The notes under the pieces are model-generated. The model was not told the origin of the DNA and made no database searches. It worked only from the letters and a program-made list of their open reading frames with translations. From the NCBI GenBank assembly GCA_963770835.1, contig CAVYRH010000007.1:96001-160000 (forward strand): 64,000 nt of DNA, in the 5' to 3' direction. A program made the translations under genes and the position numbers. Origin of the DNA: an uncultured Pseudomonadota bacterium (GTDB lineage Bacteria > Oederibacteriota > Muellerivitia > Muellerivitales > Muellerivitaceae). Below, one piece after another: positions 9,642 through 19,329 of this stretch; the first letter of the stretch is position 1, and each line of letters opens with the position of its first letter.

Positions 9642-11822
9642 TCAAGGACGGGCGGGCATTTGGCCCACGTTCGTCATTCCCCCATTGGGAGCAGCCGTTG
9701 CCGCCGGTTTAGGGGTGTGAGTCGGAATGCCAGCCGGGTAGCGGGTGGCCTGCCTCAGGAAATTCCTCAAAGCATTATTAAAATGGTCCGGATCGTCGAC
9801 AAACAAGGCATGTCCCGTATTTTCAAATATTTCCACCCTGGATAGGGGGGCCAGATGGCTCAGGTAATCGGCCTGAAACGCGAATTTGGGAGTGACCGCG
9901 TAAAGCAGGGGTACTTGGCGCAGGGTTTGGATGCTGGGTTGCCAGCTGTCACCCGGGAAGACGTTATTCATCAAGGACAAGGCGATATCCGGGGGCGTCA
10001 GAAGGGCGGATTGGTTCAAGTCCCTCGTAAAGTCCGCAGGGGGCGGGTTTTTGAACAGGCCCCATATAAAACCGCGGAGGGCACCCTCCCTGTCTTTCTT
10101 GAATTGTTCCAGGAACTTCGCTTGCCGCGTATTGGCGGCAGGCATAGAAGAAGCGGCCCCTAAGGAGGAATCCACCAAGACCACGGCATAAAGGCGGTCG
10201 GTGCCGAATTCACTCAAGTAGGACAGGACATGAAAGGCTCCATGGGACCAGCCAACCAAAACAACCGAATTAACCTGAAGATGATCGAACAATTCCTGGA
10301 TGTCCCTGGCTTGGCGAAGGGGTTCGTCCCCCTGGGGGGTCATATCCGATAGGCCTTGGGAACGGGGGTCCAAAGCCACCACATGATAGTTCGCGGATAA
10401 AGCTTGCAATTGGAGCTTCCAGATTTCCGCGGGCAAAAGCCAGCCGGGTATAAATACCAAGGTCAGTCCATGACCCGCCTCCAAGTAATGAAGTTTCACA
10501 TGATCGCTGGTGGTGAAATAACCATCGTGGATCGGGCTGCCGGAGGCCTCTTCGAATATCTTCGGCCGGCGGTAAGGGAGATTTGCTGCTGGAGTAGCCG
10601 AGATGGAGCCGGGAGTAAAAGTGGGGGCCGGAGGAGCCTTTAGGGGAATCCGCGTTGGAATGGGGGTGGAAGTGGGGTGAGGGATGTGAGTTGAAGTAGG
10701 ACGAGGTTTAAAGACCGGCCGTGAAGTAGGTGTTGGGCTGGGGTTGGAAATCAAAACGATCTTTGCAGTCGGACGGGGGAGAACCGGGGGAGTGGTCGTT
10801 GGAGTGGGGCGAAGCTTTGGTTTCGGGCGAGGGGTTGGGGTAGGGCTGAGTTTTAGAACTGAAACAACTGTAGTCGTCGGTTGAGGAGTGGCTGGCAGCA
10901 AGCCCACCACCCTGGGCCTTAAGGATGAAGGAAGACCAGGTGGATACAAGGTGTTTTGCCTCAGAAAATCCCGGAGCAGGGCATTGAAGCGTTTTGATTC
11001 ATCAACGAATAGGGCGTGGCCGCAGTTTTCAAAAGATTCGATCCTGGCTTGGGGGTCTACTTGTTGCAGATACTGGGCTTGCGAGGCATAAGTCGGAGTG
11101 ATGATGTAAAGAAGGGATATTTGGCGCAGGGCTTGGAGGCTGGGTTCCCAAGCGTCACCTGGACGGACGTTGTCCAGGATGGCCAAGGCGGTATCGGTCG
11201 GCACACGCGCTTCCGCTTGAGCCAATTTTTTATATAAACCGGGGGGCAGGGGTTTCTTGAACAAACTCCATACATAGTCGGGGCCGGTATGTTCCCGGTC
11301 GTTTTGAAACCGTAGCAGGAAGGGGCTGCGTTGGGCAGGGGCGGCGCCCGAAGGGGCGGCGAGGGGGCTGTCCACCAACACCAAAGCATTGACCTTATCG
11401 GGTCCGAACTGGCGCAGATAGGCCATGGCATCAAAGGCGCCCAAAGACCAACCCACAAGGACCACGGAATCAATGTGAAGATAATTCAATAATTCGCTGA
11501 TGTCTTTAGAACGCCTTGAGGGATCGTTGCCTTGGGGGGTGATGTCGGACCCGCCTTGGGACCGGGGATCTAAGGCTACCACGTGATAATCCTTTGAGAG
11601 ATCATTGATTTGAAGTTCCCAGATATCCGCCGACATCATCCAACCGGGAACAAAGAGGATGGACTCACCGCGACCCGCTTCCAGATAATGGAGCTTTGCC
11701 CCGTCGCTGGTAGTAAAAAAGCCATCGTGGATGGATTGTTGCGCGAAGGCGGGAGTAGCAAGTGTCAATGTCAGCAGGGTGGCCGCTTTGGCGACTTTTT
11801 TGAGCCGGGCGCTGGAAGGCAT
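9642..11822 (-). CDS. Exported tandem alpha/beta hydrolase (two non-heme haloperoxidase-like domains, Pro/Thr linker)
   Basis: Signal peptide (PAFA-QQ); two homologous domains with DPRSQG, GWSLG/GWSHG, GHALFVD. Confidence 0.85.
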   Translation of the reverse strand: MPSSARLKKVAKAATLLTLTLATPAFAQQSIHDGFFTTSDGAKLHYLEAGRGESILFVPGWMMSADIWELQINDLSKDYHVVALDPRSQGGSDITPQGNDPSRRSKDISELLNYLHIDSVVLVGWSLGAFDAMAYLRQFGPDKVNALVLVDSPLAAPSGAAPAQRSPFLLRFQNDREHTGPDYVWSLFKKPLPPGLYKKLAQAEARVPTDTALAILDNVRPGDAWEPSLQALRQISLLYIITPTYASQAQYLQQVDPQARIESFENCGHALFVDESKRFNALLRDFLRQNTLYPPGLPSSLRPRVVGLLPATPQPTTTVVSVLKLSPTPTPRPKPKLRPTPTTTPPVLPRPTAKIVLISNPSPTPTSRPVFKPRPTSTHIPHPTSTPIPTRIPLKAPPAPTFTPGSISATPAANLPYRRPKIFEEASGSPIHDGYFTTSDHVKLHYLEAGHGLTLVFIPGWLLPAEIWKLQLQALSANYHVVALDPRSQGLSDMTPQGDEPLRQARDIQELFDHLQVNSVVLVGWSHGAFHVLSYLSEFGTDRLYAVVLVDSSLGAASSMPAANTRQAKFLEQFKKDREGALRGFIWGLFKNPPPADFTRDLNQSALLTPPDIALSLMNNVFPGDSWQPSIQTLRQVPLLYAVTPKFAFQADYLSHLAPLSRVEIFENTGHALFVDDPDHFNNALRNFLRQATRYPAGIPTHTPKPAATAAPNGGMTNVGQMPARP

Positions 11823-12159
11823 TGAGTTTCTCCCTGTTGAGTGTAAAAAAGGCTGGGGGGATTGAAGCGGCGAAAAAGAGTTTACCTGTTCGTTTCTGAA
11901 AAGGGAATGTTTTAAAGATTCTATAAAAGAATTTAAGTGATAACCCTTCGCGTGAACTCGAGGAAGAAATACCGTTAAACGAAAAACTGGTTAAACTTTT
12001 TTCTGCGGAAAATTTCAAGCTAAAATTTACTTTGTCCGCGACGGGGATCCGTTCAACATGCTCATGGCGGGCTGTATTGGACAATCGAGAGGAGGGATTT
12101 TACTAGGACCCATTTTATTGGCTATTTCATTTGAATTTATGAGGCGTTAAAATACCGAC

Positions 12160-12648
12160 ATGTTTTCTCGCGTTCCACTTTATTGTGTTTTGTTTCTAGC
12201 CCTGCTATGGGCCTGCCCTCTTGCGGGTTGGGCACAATTGTCCATTCCTGACGAGCATTCCTCCGAGTACGAAACCTTAAACCAGGGAGGTTTTGCAAGA
12301 CCCTATGAGTACGAACGCCAAGCCTATGGCTATGACCCCGAAGGAGTGGAGTACCATGAAAATCAATCAGAAGATTTTCAGGTCATCTTCATTACCTCGG
12401 CCCCTTTTGCCGCCGGAGCCAGTTTTCTTTTGACCGGCATGGTTTCCTTGGCCACGACCGGTAATTTTCAGGTGGGCGGTAATTATTTCCTGCCGTTCCT
12501 GGGGCTAACTTTAACGGGTACCACGACCATTGCTTGTGTTTCGGTTTTAACCAATAAATATCCGCCGCCCGGAACCACCTATGTCGATGGTTCCGGGGCC
12601 CCGAGACCATTAGCCTTCAATGTGCCTCTGATAACGGCGAAATTCTAA
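12160..12648 (+). CDS. Hypothetical exported/membrane protein
   Basis: Signal peptide plus two hydrophobic segments; no family recognised. Confidence 0.6.
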   Translation: MFSRVPLYCVLFLALLWACPLAGWAQLSIPDEHSSEYETLNQGGFARPYEYERQAYGYDPEGVEYHENQSEDFQVIFITSAPFAAGASFLLTGMVSLATTGNFQVGGNYFLPFLGLTLTGTTTIACVSVLTNKYPPPGTTYVDGSGAPRPLAFNVPLITAKF

Positions 12649-12820
12649 CGACAGCTGGAAGTTGTCAGCTGTCAGAAACGTATTAAAAGATTAACCTGAA
12701 AACTGATAACTAAAAGCTGATAGCTGTCTTTGGAAAGAATTTTGTTGGGGGTTTTGCCAATCGGGTTAAAATAAGGACCTCCCAAAAAGACTGTTCATTA
12801 ATAAACCAAGGAGCTTTGGC

Positions 12821-13681
12821 ATGATCAAGTGGCTTCCGGCGTTCCTCTTTCTTTTGGCAACAGGAGTTCTTTTCGCCCAGGACATGCCACCCCTGCCGCC
12901 CTTGCCGAACCAGGGCCAAGCCACCGCTCCTGCAACAACCGCGCCCCCGGCGGCGGCCGCACCTTCGGACAACAACTCCTCACCGGCCCTGCCACCCCTA
13001 CCTGGCCAGGCTCCCGTCACCACTGCGGCTCCACCGACAGCTCCCCCGCTTCCGGGGCAACCAGCGACAACTGCACCTGCAACGACTGGTGCTCCTCCTT
13101 TGCCGGGGGACAACAATCCAACCACAATCATCCCCGCCGTACCCTCGACCGAGACAGCCCCTGGAACGGAGACAATGCCGACAAAAAAAACAGCGTCTAA
13201 GTCAAATCCCTATCTTGTTTCCAAGTACCGTCCGAATGTGATATTTGGGGGATGGGTGAAGGCCAAGGGGGGGAATGAAACATCCCGTATGGCCTGGACT
13301 TCCCAGGAAATCCTGAACACATTGATTTTCAAAAAATATGAGTTGCTAAGTCCAGCCGAGGGAAAACCCGAGGAAGGAAATTACGAGGGGCAGGAAGGGA
13401 GACAATGGCGCGAATTCAATTTCACTGTCCCCAAGTCCAAATTGGCCGTACAGGTATATATACGGCAGGACGCCAATAAAAAAGTATGGATGCGGGTGGG
13501 GCCGGATGAGGCGGTATTTCCTGAAGCCACGTCACTGGCCCAGGCTAAAAAGGAGCGGCAGGCGGACTTGGTGGTCCTTCACCTGCTTCAAAAGAAATTC
13601 GGCCGCCGGCTTACCCCCAACCGGGTTGTGGCCAGTTGGGATGCGCCTTACCGTTATTCCATGGCAACGGCGGATAAGTAA
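12821..13681 (+). CDS. Exported protein with Pro-rich PPLPG repeats
   Basis: AGGAG RBS, signal peptide, four PPLP(G/N) units, globular C-terminal domain. Confidence 0.75.
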   Translation: MIKWLPAFLFLLATGVLFAQDMPPLPPLPNQGQATAPATTAPPAAAAPSDNNSSPALPPLPGQAPVTTAAPPTAPPLPGQPATTAPATTGAPPLPGDNNPTTIIPAVPSTETAPGTETMPTKKTASKSNPYLVSKYRPNVIFGGWVKAKGGNETSRMAWTSQEILNTLIFKKYELLSPAEGKPEEGNYEGQEGRQWREFNFTVPKSKLAVQVYIRQDANKKVWMRVGPDEAVFPEATSLAQAKKERQADLVVLHLLQKKFGRRLTPNRVVASWDAPYRYSMATADK

Positions 13682-13692
13682 CACCAAGGCAA

Positions 13693-13836
13693 ATGGTAAT
13701 GCCAAACCACATGGCCGCTTATTTGCTTTTTGGCATAGGATTCTGTGGATTGTTGTTTTCACTGGGCCGGACTTATTACTTGCTTCGAAAGTCGAGAAAA
13801 GAGCGGGAGTCGAGGGGGATACGGCCCCGTCATTAA
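13693..13836 (+). CDS. Putative 47-aa single-pass membrane protein (below ORF-track cutoff)
   Basis: MVMPNHMAAYLLFGIGFCGLLFSLGRTYYLLRKSRKERESRGIRPRH*; hydrophobic helix then basic tail; 11 nt after upstream stop. Confidence 0.45.
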   Translation: MVMPNHMAAYLLFGIGFCGLLFSLGRTYYLLRKSRKERESRGIRPRH

Positions 13837-13895
13837 GAGCATTGCCAGTCAATCACCAAAATCGATAATTATTTAAGTTTTAGGGAGGAACCATC

Positions 13896-14369
13896 ATGTC
13901 AGCCCGCAAGGAAGCGCCAGTTACGGATTTCTTAAAGGAAGTCAGCCTTTTCGACGGCATTCAGGATAAAGCTTTAAGTCAAATCTTCAAGTTGGGTAAA
14001 GTCCAGAATTTCAAGACTGGACAAGCCATCATCGAAGAGGGCCAGCCAGGAGGCAGCCTTCATATTATGATCAACGGGCGGGCCGAGGTTTCGAAATCCG
14101 GGAAGGAACCGGGTGATAAAAAATATTTAGCGGATCTCAACCGTGGTTCCATCTTTGGCGAGATGAGCGTGTTTGATGACGCGCCTTATTCCGCCACAGT
14201 CAAGGCGCGGGAGGATTGCTCCGTGCACGTGATCAAAGGCGAGGACTTCAAGAAATTCCTCAAGAAGAATCCCGATGTGGCTTATGAAGTTTTTTGTACC
14301 TTGATCAGCCTTATTTCCAGCCGCTTGCGGCGCACCAACCTGGCTTTTTCACTTCTCGAGTTCAATTAA
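13896..14369 (+). CDS. Stand-alone cyclic-nucleotide-binding domain protein
   Basis: IIEEG, GSIFGEMSVFD..PYSATV; no HTH; GGGAGG RBS. Confidence 0.9.
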   Translation: MSARKEAPVTDFLKEVSLFDGIQDKALSQIFKLGKVQNFKTGQAIIEEGQPGGSLHIMINGRAEVSKSGKEPGDKKYLADLNRGSIFGEMSVFDDAPYSATVKAREDCSVHVIKGEDFKKFLKKNPDVAYEVFCTLISLISSRLRRTNLAFSLLEFN

Positions 14370-14485
14370 CGGCAGTCTTCAGCTATCAGTTGTCGGTCCT
14401 CAGCAAGGCCGAGCCCTGAAAATTCACCTAAGAGGTGTCAGCTGATAACCGCCGATTGCCTCTATATTTGGTAGCCGAAAAGCCC

Positions 14486-14514
14486 TTGCCATCTACTGGT
14501 GGGGATGGTACATT
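14486..14514 (+). promoter_or_regulatory. Putative sigma70 promoter of smc
   Basis: TTGCCA-N17-TACATT with TGn extended -10. Confidence 0.5.
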
Positions 14515-14592
14515 CGTGATTTGAAGGCCTTTCCAACGCATTTCCACGCATTTCATGACTTTTAAAAACTAGTTCTTTCCGGAGACTGCCGG

Positions 14593-17500
14593 TTGTTCCT
14601 CAAAAAGCTCGAAATACACGGTTTCAAATCCTTCGCCGATAAAACCGAACTCCTTTTTGAAACCGGTGTCACCGCCGTCGTGGGGCCCAACGGCTGTGGA
14701 AAAACCAATGTAGCGGACAGCATCCGCTGGGTGATGGGGGAACAGTCCGCTAAGGGCTTAAGGGCCTCCGAAATGACTGACATCATCTTCAACGGTACCG
14801 ACTCCCGCAAACCTTCCAGCATGTCGGAAGTGACCCTTACCCTTTCCAACGAAGACAAGACGATCCCCCTGGAATACAACGAAATTTCCATTACGCGGCG
14901 CGTTTACCGTTCCGGGGAATCCGAGTACCTCATCAACAAGGTACTTGCCAGACTCAAGGACGTCAAAGAGCTCTTCATGGGGACGGGACTGGGCATCAGC
15001 GCCTATTCGGTTATGGCCCAGGGTCAGATGGACCAGATCATCATGTCCAAGCCAACCGAGCGACGAGCCATCTTCGAGGAGGCCGCCGGCATCACCAAGT
15101 ACAAGGCTCGAAAGGTGGAAGCCCTGCGGAAGCTGGATGCAACGGACCAAAACCTGATCCGTATTTCCGACATCATTGCTGAAATCAAACGGCAAATTTC
15201 CACGCTGGAACGGCAGGCCAAACAGGCCGAAAAGTACCGTGAGTACAAAGAAGAGCTGGGCAAACTCCAGGTCCAAATCCATCTGGACAAGTCCGTCAAA
15301 TTGAAAGGCAGACTCAAGGATATTCACCACAAGATGAACCAGGTAAAGGAACGCCTGGAGGGGGCGCAGTCCGAAACCCATAAGCTGGAGCAGGACGAGA
15401 AAAACCAGCGGGCCCAGCTGAACGAGATTGAACAAGAACTTTCCGGCGTCAGGGAGCAAGCCTACAAGGTGGGAAGCGAAGTCGAGGTGACCCAAGGCCG
15501 GGTGGAGGGCACCAAACGGCACCGCAACCTGTTGGCTGACCAGAAGCAGCGGAACGAACAACAAGCGGTCGAGGCTTTAAGTCGGATCGAACAACTGAAG
15601 ATCTGGGTGGCGGAAAGGCTTCAGCTTCTTCAAAACAAGGAGGCCCAGAGGAACGAAAAAGAGGGGTTGCGAGCGGGTTTTTTGGAAAAGCTGGGATCGT
15701 TGGATGGTGACCTTTCGGCCAAAAGCCAGGACCTGGAAATCAAGAATGCCGCCGCCATGGACTTGGTCCAGAAGTCCGCGCAGATGAAGGCCGAACTGGA
15801 TTCGCTGAAGGCCCAGGATGCGGAAACTTCCCGCCGGGTTGGCGACCTGGCCGCGCAGGTGGAGCGGCTTCAAAGGGAATGGGAGGCGGCACAGGAGCGG
15901 CTCACGAAAATCCACGCGGAAAAAAACGCGACTCAGGCCGAGGAGGCCCGGCTTGATGAAAGCATCCTTCAATACCAAGGCGGGCTTTCCCACAAAGAAA
16001 CCCGCATCGATGAGATCAACGGGGATTTAAAGCGCATCAACAACCAATACTCGGAAACCCGTTCCCGTTTCGGCGTTTTGGAGGAATTGCAGATCAAGTT
16101 GACCGGCTACGACGCCGGCGTCAAAGTGATCCTCCAGGCCAAGCAAAACGAACCCCTCATGTGGCAGGAAGTGTTGGGCGTGGTAGCTAACCTGGTTTCG
16201 GTGGACCAGACCCATGAGAACGCGGTCGAAGCCCTTTTGGGCGGGCAATTACAATCCCTGGTGGTCCGGAACCGCGCCACGGCCCACAAGGTCATCGAGC
16301 ATCTCAAAACCGAGGGACAGGGGAAAGTTTCGTTATTTGTGCTGGAGGACCTCCTTCAAGGCCAGGGGGAGACTTTGCCGGAGAGGGTCCTTTTGGAATC
16401 GGGCGTGGAAGCCTCCATCGTTTCGATACTCAAATACGACCCCCAGGTGGAACCGGTGATCCGTTTCCTTTTTAACCTGGACGTCTTTGCCCGTGATTTT
16501 TCGGCCGCTGAGGCCCTAATTGCCGCCTACCCCAAGGTCCGTTTCGTCACCAGGGAGGGAGACCGGCTGGGCCCCCTGGGGTCTATGAAAGCCGGCTCGA
16601 CCATCACCGGCGTCTCGCTCCTCGGGCGCCACCGGGAAATGTCCGAGTTGTCCGAGAAGATCAAGGCTTTGGAAAGCCAAATGCAGGAAGCAGAACGTCT
16701 TTTGAGCGAAACCAAACGCCAGCGTAAGGAAACCGAGGACCAACTTCTTGGGGCTGAAACCCAAAGGCAGCAATTAAAAATCCGTCTTGCCGGCATGGAA
16801 AAGGAAATTACACAACTCCAGGAAACCCAGGTCCGGCTGACGGCGGAGAAAACCACGGAGGAAAAGGAAAAGGGAAAGCTGGAGGAGCACTGGAACACGG
16901 ACAAGAACCGCATCCAGCAATTAAGCCATCTCTTGGCTGAAAGCGAGCAGGCACACCACCTGACCCAGGAAGAGATTTCCGAGGCGCGTCGCAACCTTCA
17001 GGAACTGCAAACCCGCAAAGAGGAGATATCCCGGCAAATTCTCCAGGTGGAGATGGAACTTTCGGCCCTCGACGAAGTGGCTGCCCGCTCGAAGGAGGAG
17101 GCGGAACGCTACCAAGTGGAGCAGGACCAATTGGCCCAATCGGCGGCCCAAAAGCGGGAAGAAAACCACCAAATCGACTTGCAAGAGCAGCAGCTTTCCT
17201 TGGACCTGGATGACCTTGAAAAAAAGGTTGGAGGGCTCTCCGAGTCCAAACAGGAAGCGGATACCCGGGTCAAGATTATCGTGGAGAAACGCGAAAAGAT
17301 TGCCATGGAAACCGAGGAAAGGGCCGAGAAGGTTCGCCAAGCCCGGGGCAAATTTGAGGAAATCCAGAAAGACCTGCATGGTTACGAGCTGCAAGAGGCC
17401 CAAGTGAACGTGGAGACCCGTAACATCGAGGAAAAACTGCAGGTGGAATACAAAGTGGACTTGGACAACCCGCCGGTTTCCCTTGAGAAGGATTTTGACG

Positions 17501-18174
17501 ACGAAGCTGCAGAAAAGGAATCCATCGAGCTGAGGGCCAAAATTGAGCGCCTGGGGTTGGTGAACATGGTGGCGGTCGAGGAGTACGACGAACTCAACCA
17601 GCGCTACAAGTTTTTAACCGAACAGCGGGACGATCTTTTAAAGGCCAAGGATGACCTCCAAAAGGCCATCAACAAGATCAACCTGACGTCTAAAGAACTG
17701 TTTACTTCCACCTTCGCCACGGTCCAGGAAAATTTCAAGGACACCTTCCAGCGGCTTTTCGAGGGGGGGAGGGCGGAGCTGATCCTCATCGACGAGGGCG
17801 ATGTGCTGGAATCGGGGATCGAAATCGTGGCCCGACCGCCAGGCAAACGCCTTCAGTCGGTCTCCTTGCTTTCCGGCGGAGAGAAAGCACTGACCGCCAT
17901 CGCGCTTTTGTTCGCGCTTTTCATGGTGAAACCCAGCCCCTTCTGTCTTTTGGACGAAATTGACGCCCCCCTGGACGACGTCAATGTGGGACGGTTCAAC
18001 CATTTGTTGAGGGAGTTCAGCAAGAAAACCCAATTCATCATGATTACCCACAGCAAGGTCAGCATGGAAACGGCGGACGTCATGTACGGCGTTACCATGC
18101 AGGAATCAGGCGTTTCCAAGATCATTTCCACAAAATTTAAGGAAAATTCCCCCGAGGAATCCACGGTTTCTTGA
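14593..18174 (+). CDS. smc: Chromosome segregation protein SMC
   Basis: GFKSF, Walker A GPNGCGKT, coiled coils and hinge, LSGGE signature, Walker B LLDEIDAPLD; TTG start. Confidence 0.97.
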   Translation: MFLKKLEIHGFKSFADKTELLFETGVTAVVGPNGCGKTNVADSIRWVMGEQSAKGLRASEMTDIIFNGTDSRKPSSMSEVTLTLSNEDKTIPLEYNEISITRRVYRSGESEYLINKVLARLKDVKELFMGTGLGISAYSVMAQGQMDQIIMSKPTERRAIFEEAAGITKYKARKVEALRKLDATDQNLIRISDIIAEIKRQISTLERQAKQAEKYREYKEELGKLQVQIHLDKSVKLKGRLKDIHHKMNQVKERLEGAQSETHKLEQDEKNQRAQLNEIEQELSGVREQAYKVGSEVEVTQGRVEGTKRHRNLLADQKQRNEQQAVEALSRIEQLKIWVAERLQLLQNKEAQRNEKEGLRAGFLEKLGSLDGDLSAKSQDLEIKNAAAMDLVQKSAQMKAELDSLKAQDAETSRRVGDLAAQVERLQREWEAAQERLTKIHAEKNATQAEEARLDESILQYQGGLSHKETRIDEINGDLKRINNQYSETRSRFGVLEELQIKLTGYDAGVKVILQAKQNEPLMWQEVLGVVANLVSVDQTHENAVEALLGGQLQSLVVRNRATAHKVIEHLKTEGQGKVSLFVLEDLLQGQGETLPERVLLESGVEASIVSILKYDPQVEPVIRFLFNLDVFARDFSAAEALIAAYPKVRFVTREGDRLGPLGSMKAGSTITGVSLLGRHREMSELSEKIKALESQMQEAERLLSETKRQRKETEDQLLGAETQRQQLKIRLAGMEKEITQLQETQVRLTAEKTTEEKEKGKLEEHWNTDKNRIQQLSHLLAESEQAHHLTQEEISEARRNLQELQTRKEEISRQILQVEMELSALDEVAARSKEEAERYQVEQDQLAQSAAQKREENHQIDLQEQQLSLDLDDLEKKVGGLSESKQEADTRVKIIVEKREKIAMETEERAEKVRQARGKFEEIQKDLHGYELQEAQVNVETRNIEEKLQVEYKVDLDNPPVSLEKDFDDEAAEKESIELRAKIERLGLVNMVAVEEYDELNQRYKFLTEQRDDLLKAKDDLQKAINKINLTSKELFTSTFATVQENFKDTFQRLFEGGRAELILIDEGDVLESGIEIVARPPGKRLQSVSLLSGGEKALTAIALLFALFMVKPSPFCLLDEIDAPLDDVNVGRFNHLLREFSKKTQFIMITHSKVSMETADVMYGVTMQESGVSKIISTKFKENSPEESTVS

Positions 18175-19292
18175 GCCCCTCTGCCTTTTTTGAGAAGACC
18201 ATTAAGAAAATCTTCTGGAAGAGCTTGAATCCCAAGGCATCTCCACCTGGAACTTTTCGCCTCAAACCCAGCATGGCTGTTCTAGCGCTGCGGCCTGACC
18301 GGTTGGGGGATTTCATCCTCTCCACTCCAGCGCTTCAGGCCTTGGAAAGGGAATTGGGTTCTTCCGTCCGGCTGACCCTTGTCGTCGGTGAGCGGAACGG
18401 GGCACTCGCGCGCTTTTTTTTCCCTCGCGCGGAGGTTCTTGTTTTTCGGAAATTCTTCCTAAGTCGTTTGATCCTTTTTCTTCGGCTAAGGATGAGACAT
18501 TTTGACCTAGTACTGGATTTTCATTCCTATCCCTTTTCCACCACCTCTGCGATTTTGGCCCTTTGTTCGGGAAGTCCCTTCCGTGTCGGTTTCTGGGATC
18601 GTAAAGAATCAAACCGGCTTTCCCGGCGGGTTTTTAACTTGGGAGTGCCTTCGCCCCCTGAGAACCTTCATGAGATGGAAAAGAGTTTCTTACTTCTTAA
18701 GCCTTTGCGGTTGAGTCATCCGAAATCCAAGGAAGCGATCCTTAAAATCCCTGACGTGCCTGCTGGAATCGCAAGCCGGGTGAAGGCTTTTTACGACCGG
18801 ATCGGTGTGGGTCCTCTAACGGTTCTTTTGGCCATTCATCCTACCCTTCAAAAAGAGGACAACCGCTGGTCCCTTGAAAAATATGTCGAACTTAGCAGGA
18901 AGATGGCCTCGTTTTCAAAATTTAAAATGGTGGTTGTCCATGGATTGGGCGAAGAAGACCACTTGCAACGTTTTAAGGGGCTGGCCACTGAAATTCCTAA
19001 TCTCTTTGAACTACCCGATAATGATGTTTTCTTTATACTGGAGGCCGCAAAGCGCTTTAATCTATTGGTCTGTAATGATAGTGGTTTGATGCACTTGGTT
19101 GCCCTGATGACAAGAGTTTTGGCGATTTTTGGACCCAGCGATCCGGAACGATGGGGACCATTAAAGGCCGGAAATTTGCGACCCAAAATCCTTCGTTCAA
19201 GAGATCATTGTTGCGATTCGGTTCGAGTTTCAATGGTCACCGAGGAAATCGAAAAAATGGTTCGGCGCCCACGGTCACTGCTTCATCGTTAA
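18171..19292 (+). CDS. Glycosyltransferase family 9 (ADP-heptose:LPS heptosyltransferase-like)
   Basis: RPDRLGDFILSTP, NDSGLMHL, IFGPSDPERWGP. Confidence 0.85.
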   Translation: MSPSAFFEKTIKKIFWKSLNPKASPPGTFRLKPSMAVLALRPDRLGDFILSTPALQALERELGSSVRLTLVVGERNGALARFFFPRAEVLVFRKFFLSRLILFLRLRMRHFDLVLDFHSYPFSTTSAILALCSGSPFRVGFWDRKESNRLSRRVFNLGVPSPPENLHEMEKSFLLLKPLRLSHPKSKEAILKIPDVPAGIASRVKAFYDRIGVGPLTVLLAIHPTLQKEDNRWSLEKYVELSRKMASFSKFKMVVVHGLGEEDHLQRFKGLATEIPNLFELPDNDVFFILEAAKRFNLLVCNDSGLMHLVALMTRVLAIFGPSDPERWGPLKAGNLRPKILRSRDHCCDSVRVSMVTEEIEKMVRRPRSLLHR

Positions 19293-19329
19293 CGCTTTAG
19301 AATTCCTTGTTTTTTAAAGGCCGAAAAGA

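Noticed and set aside
12649..12730. Degenerate heptamer repeats (CTGA-type, also 14378-14450)
   Set aside because: Too short and degenerate to assign a function
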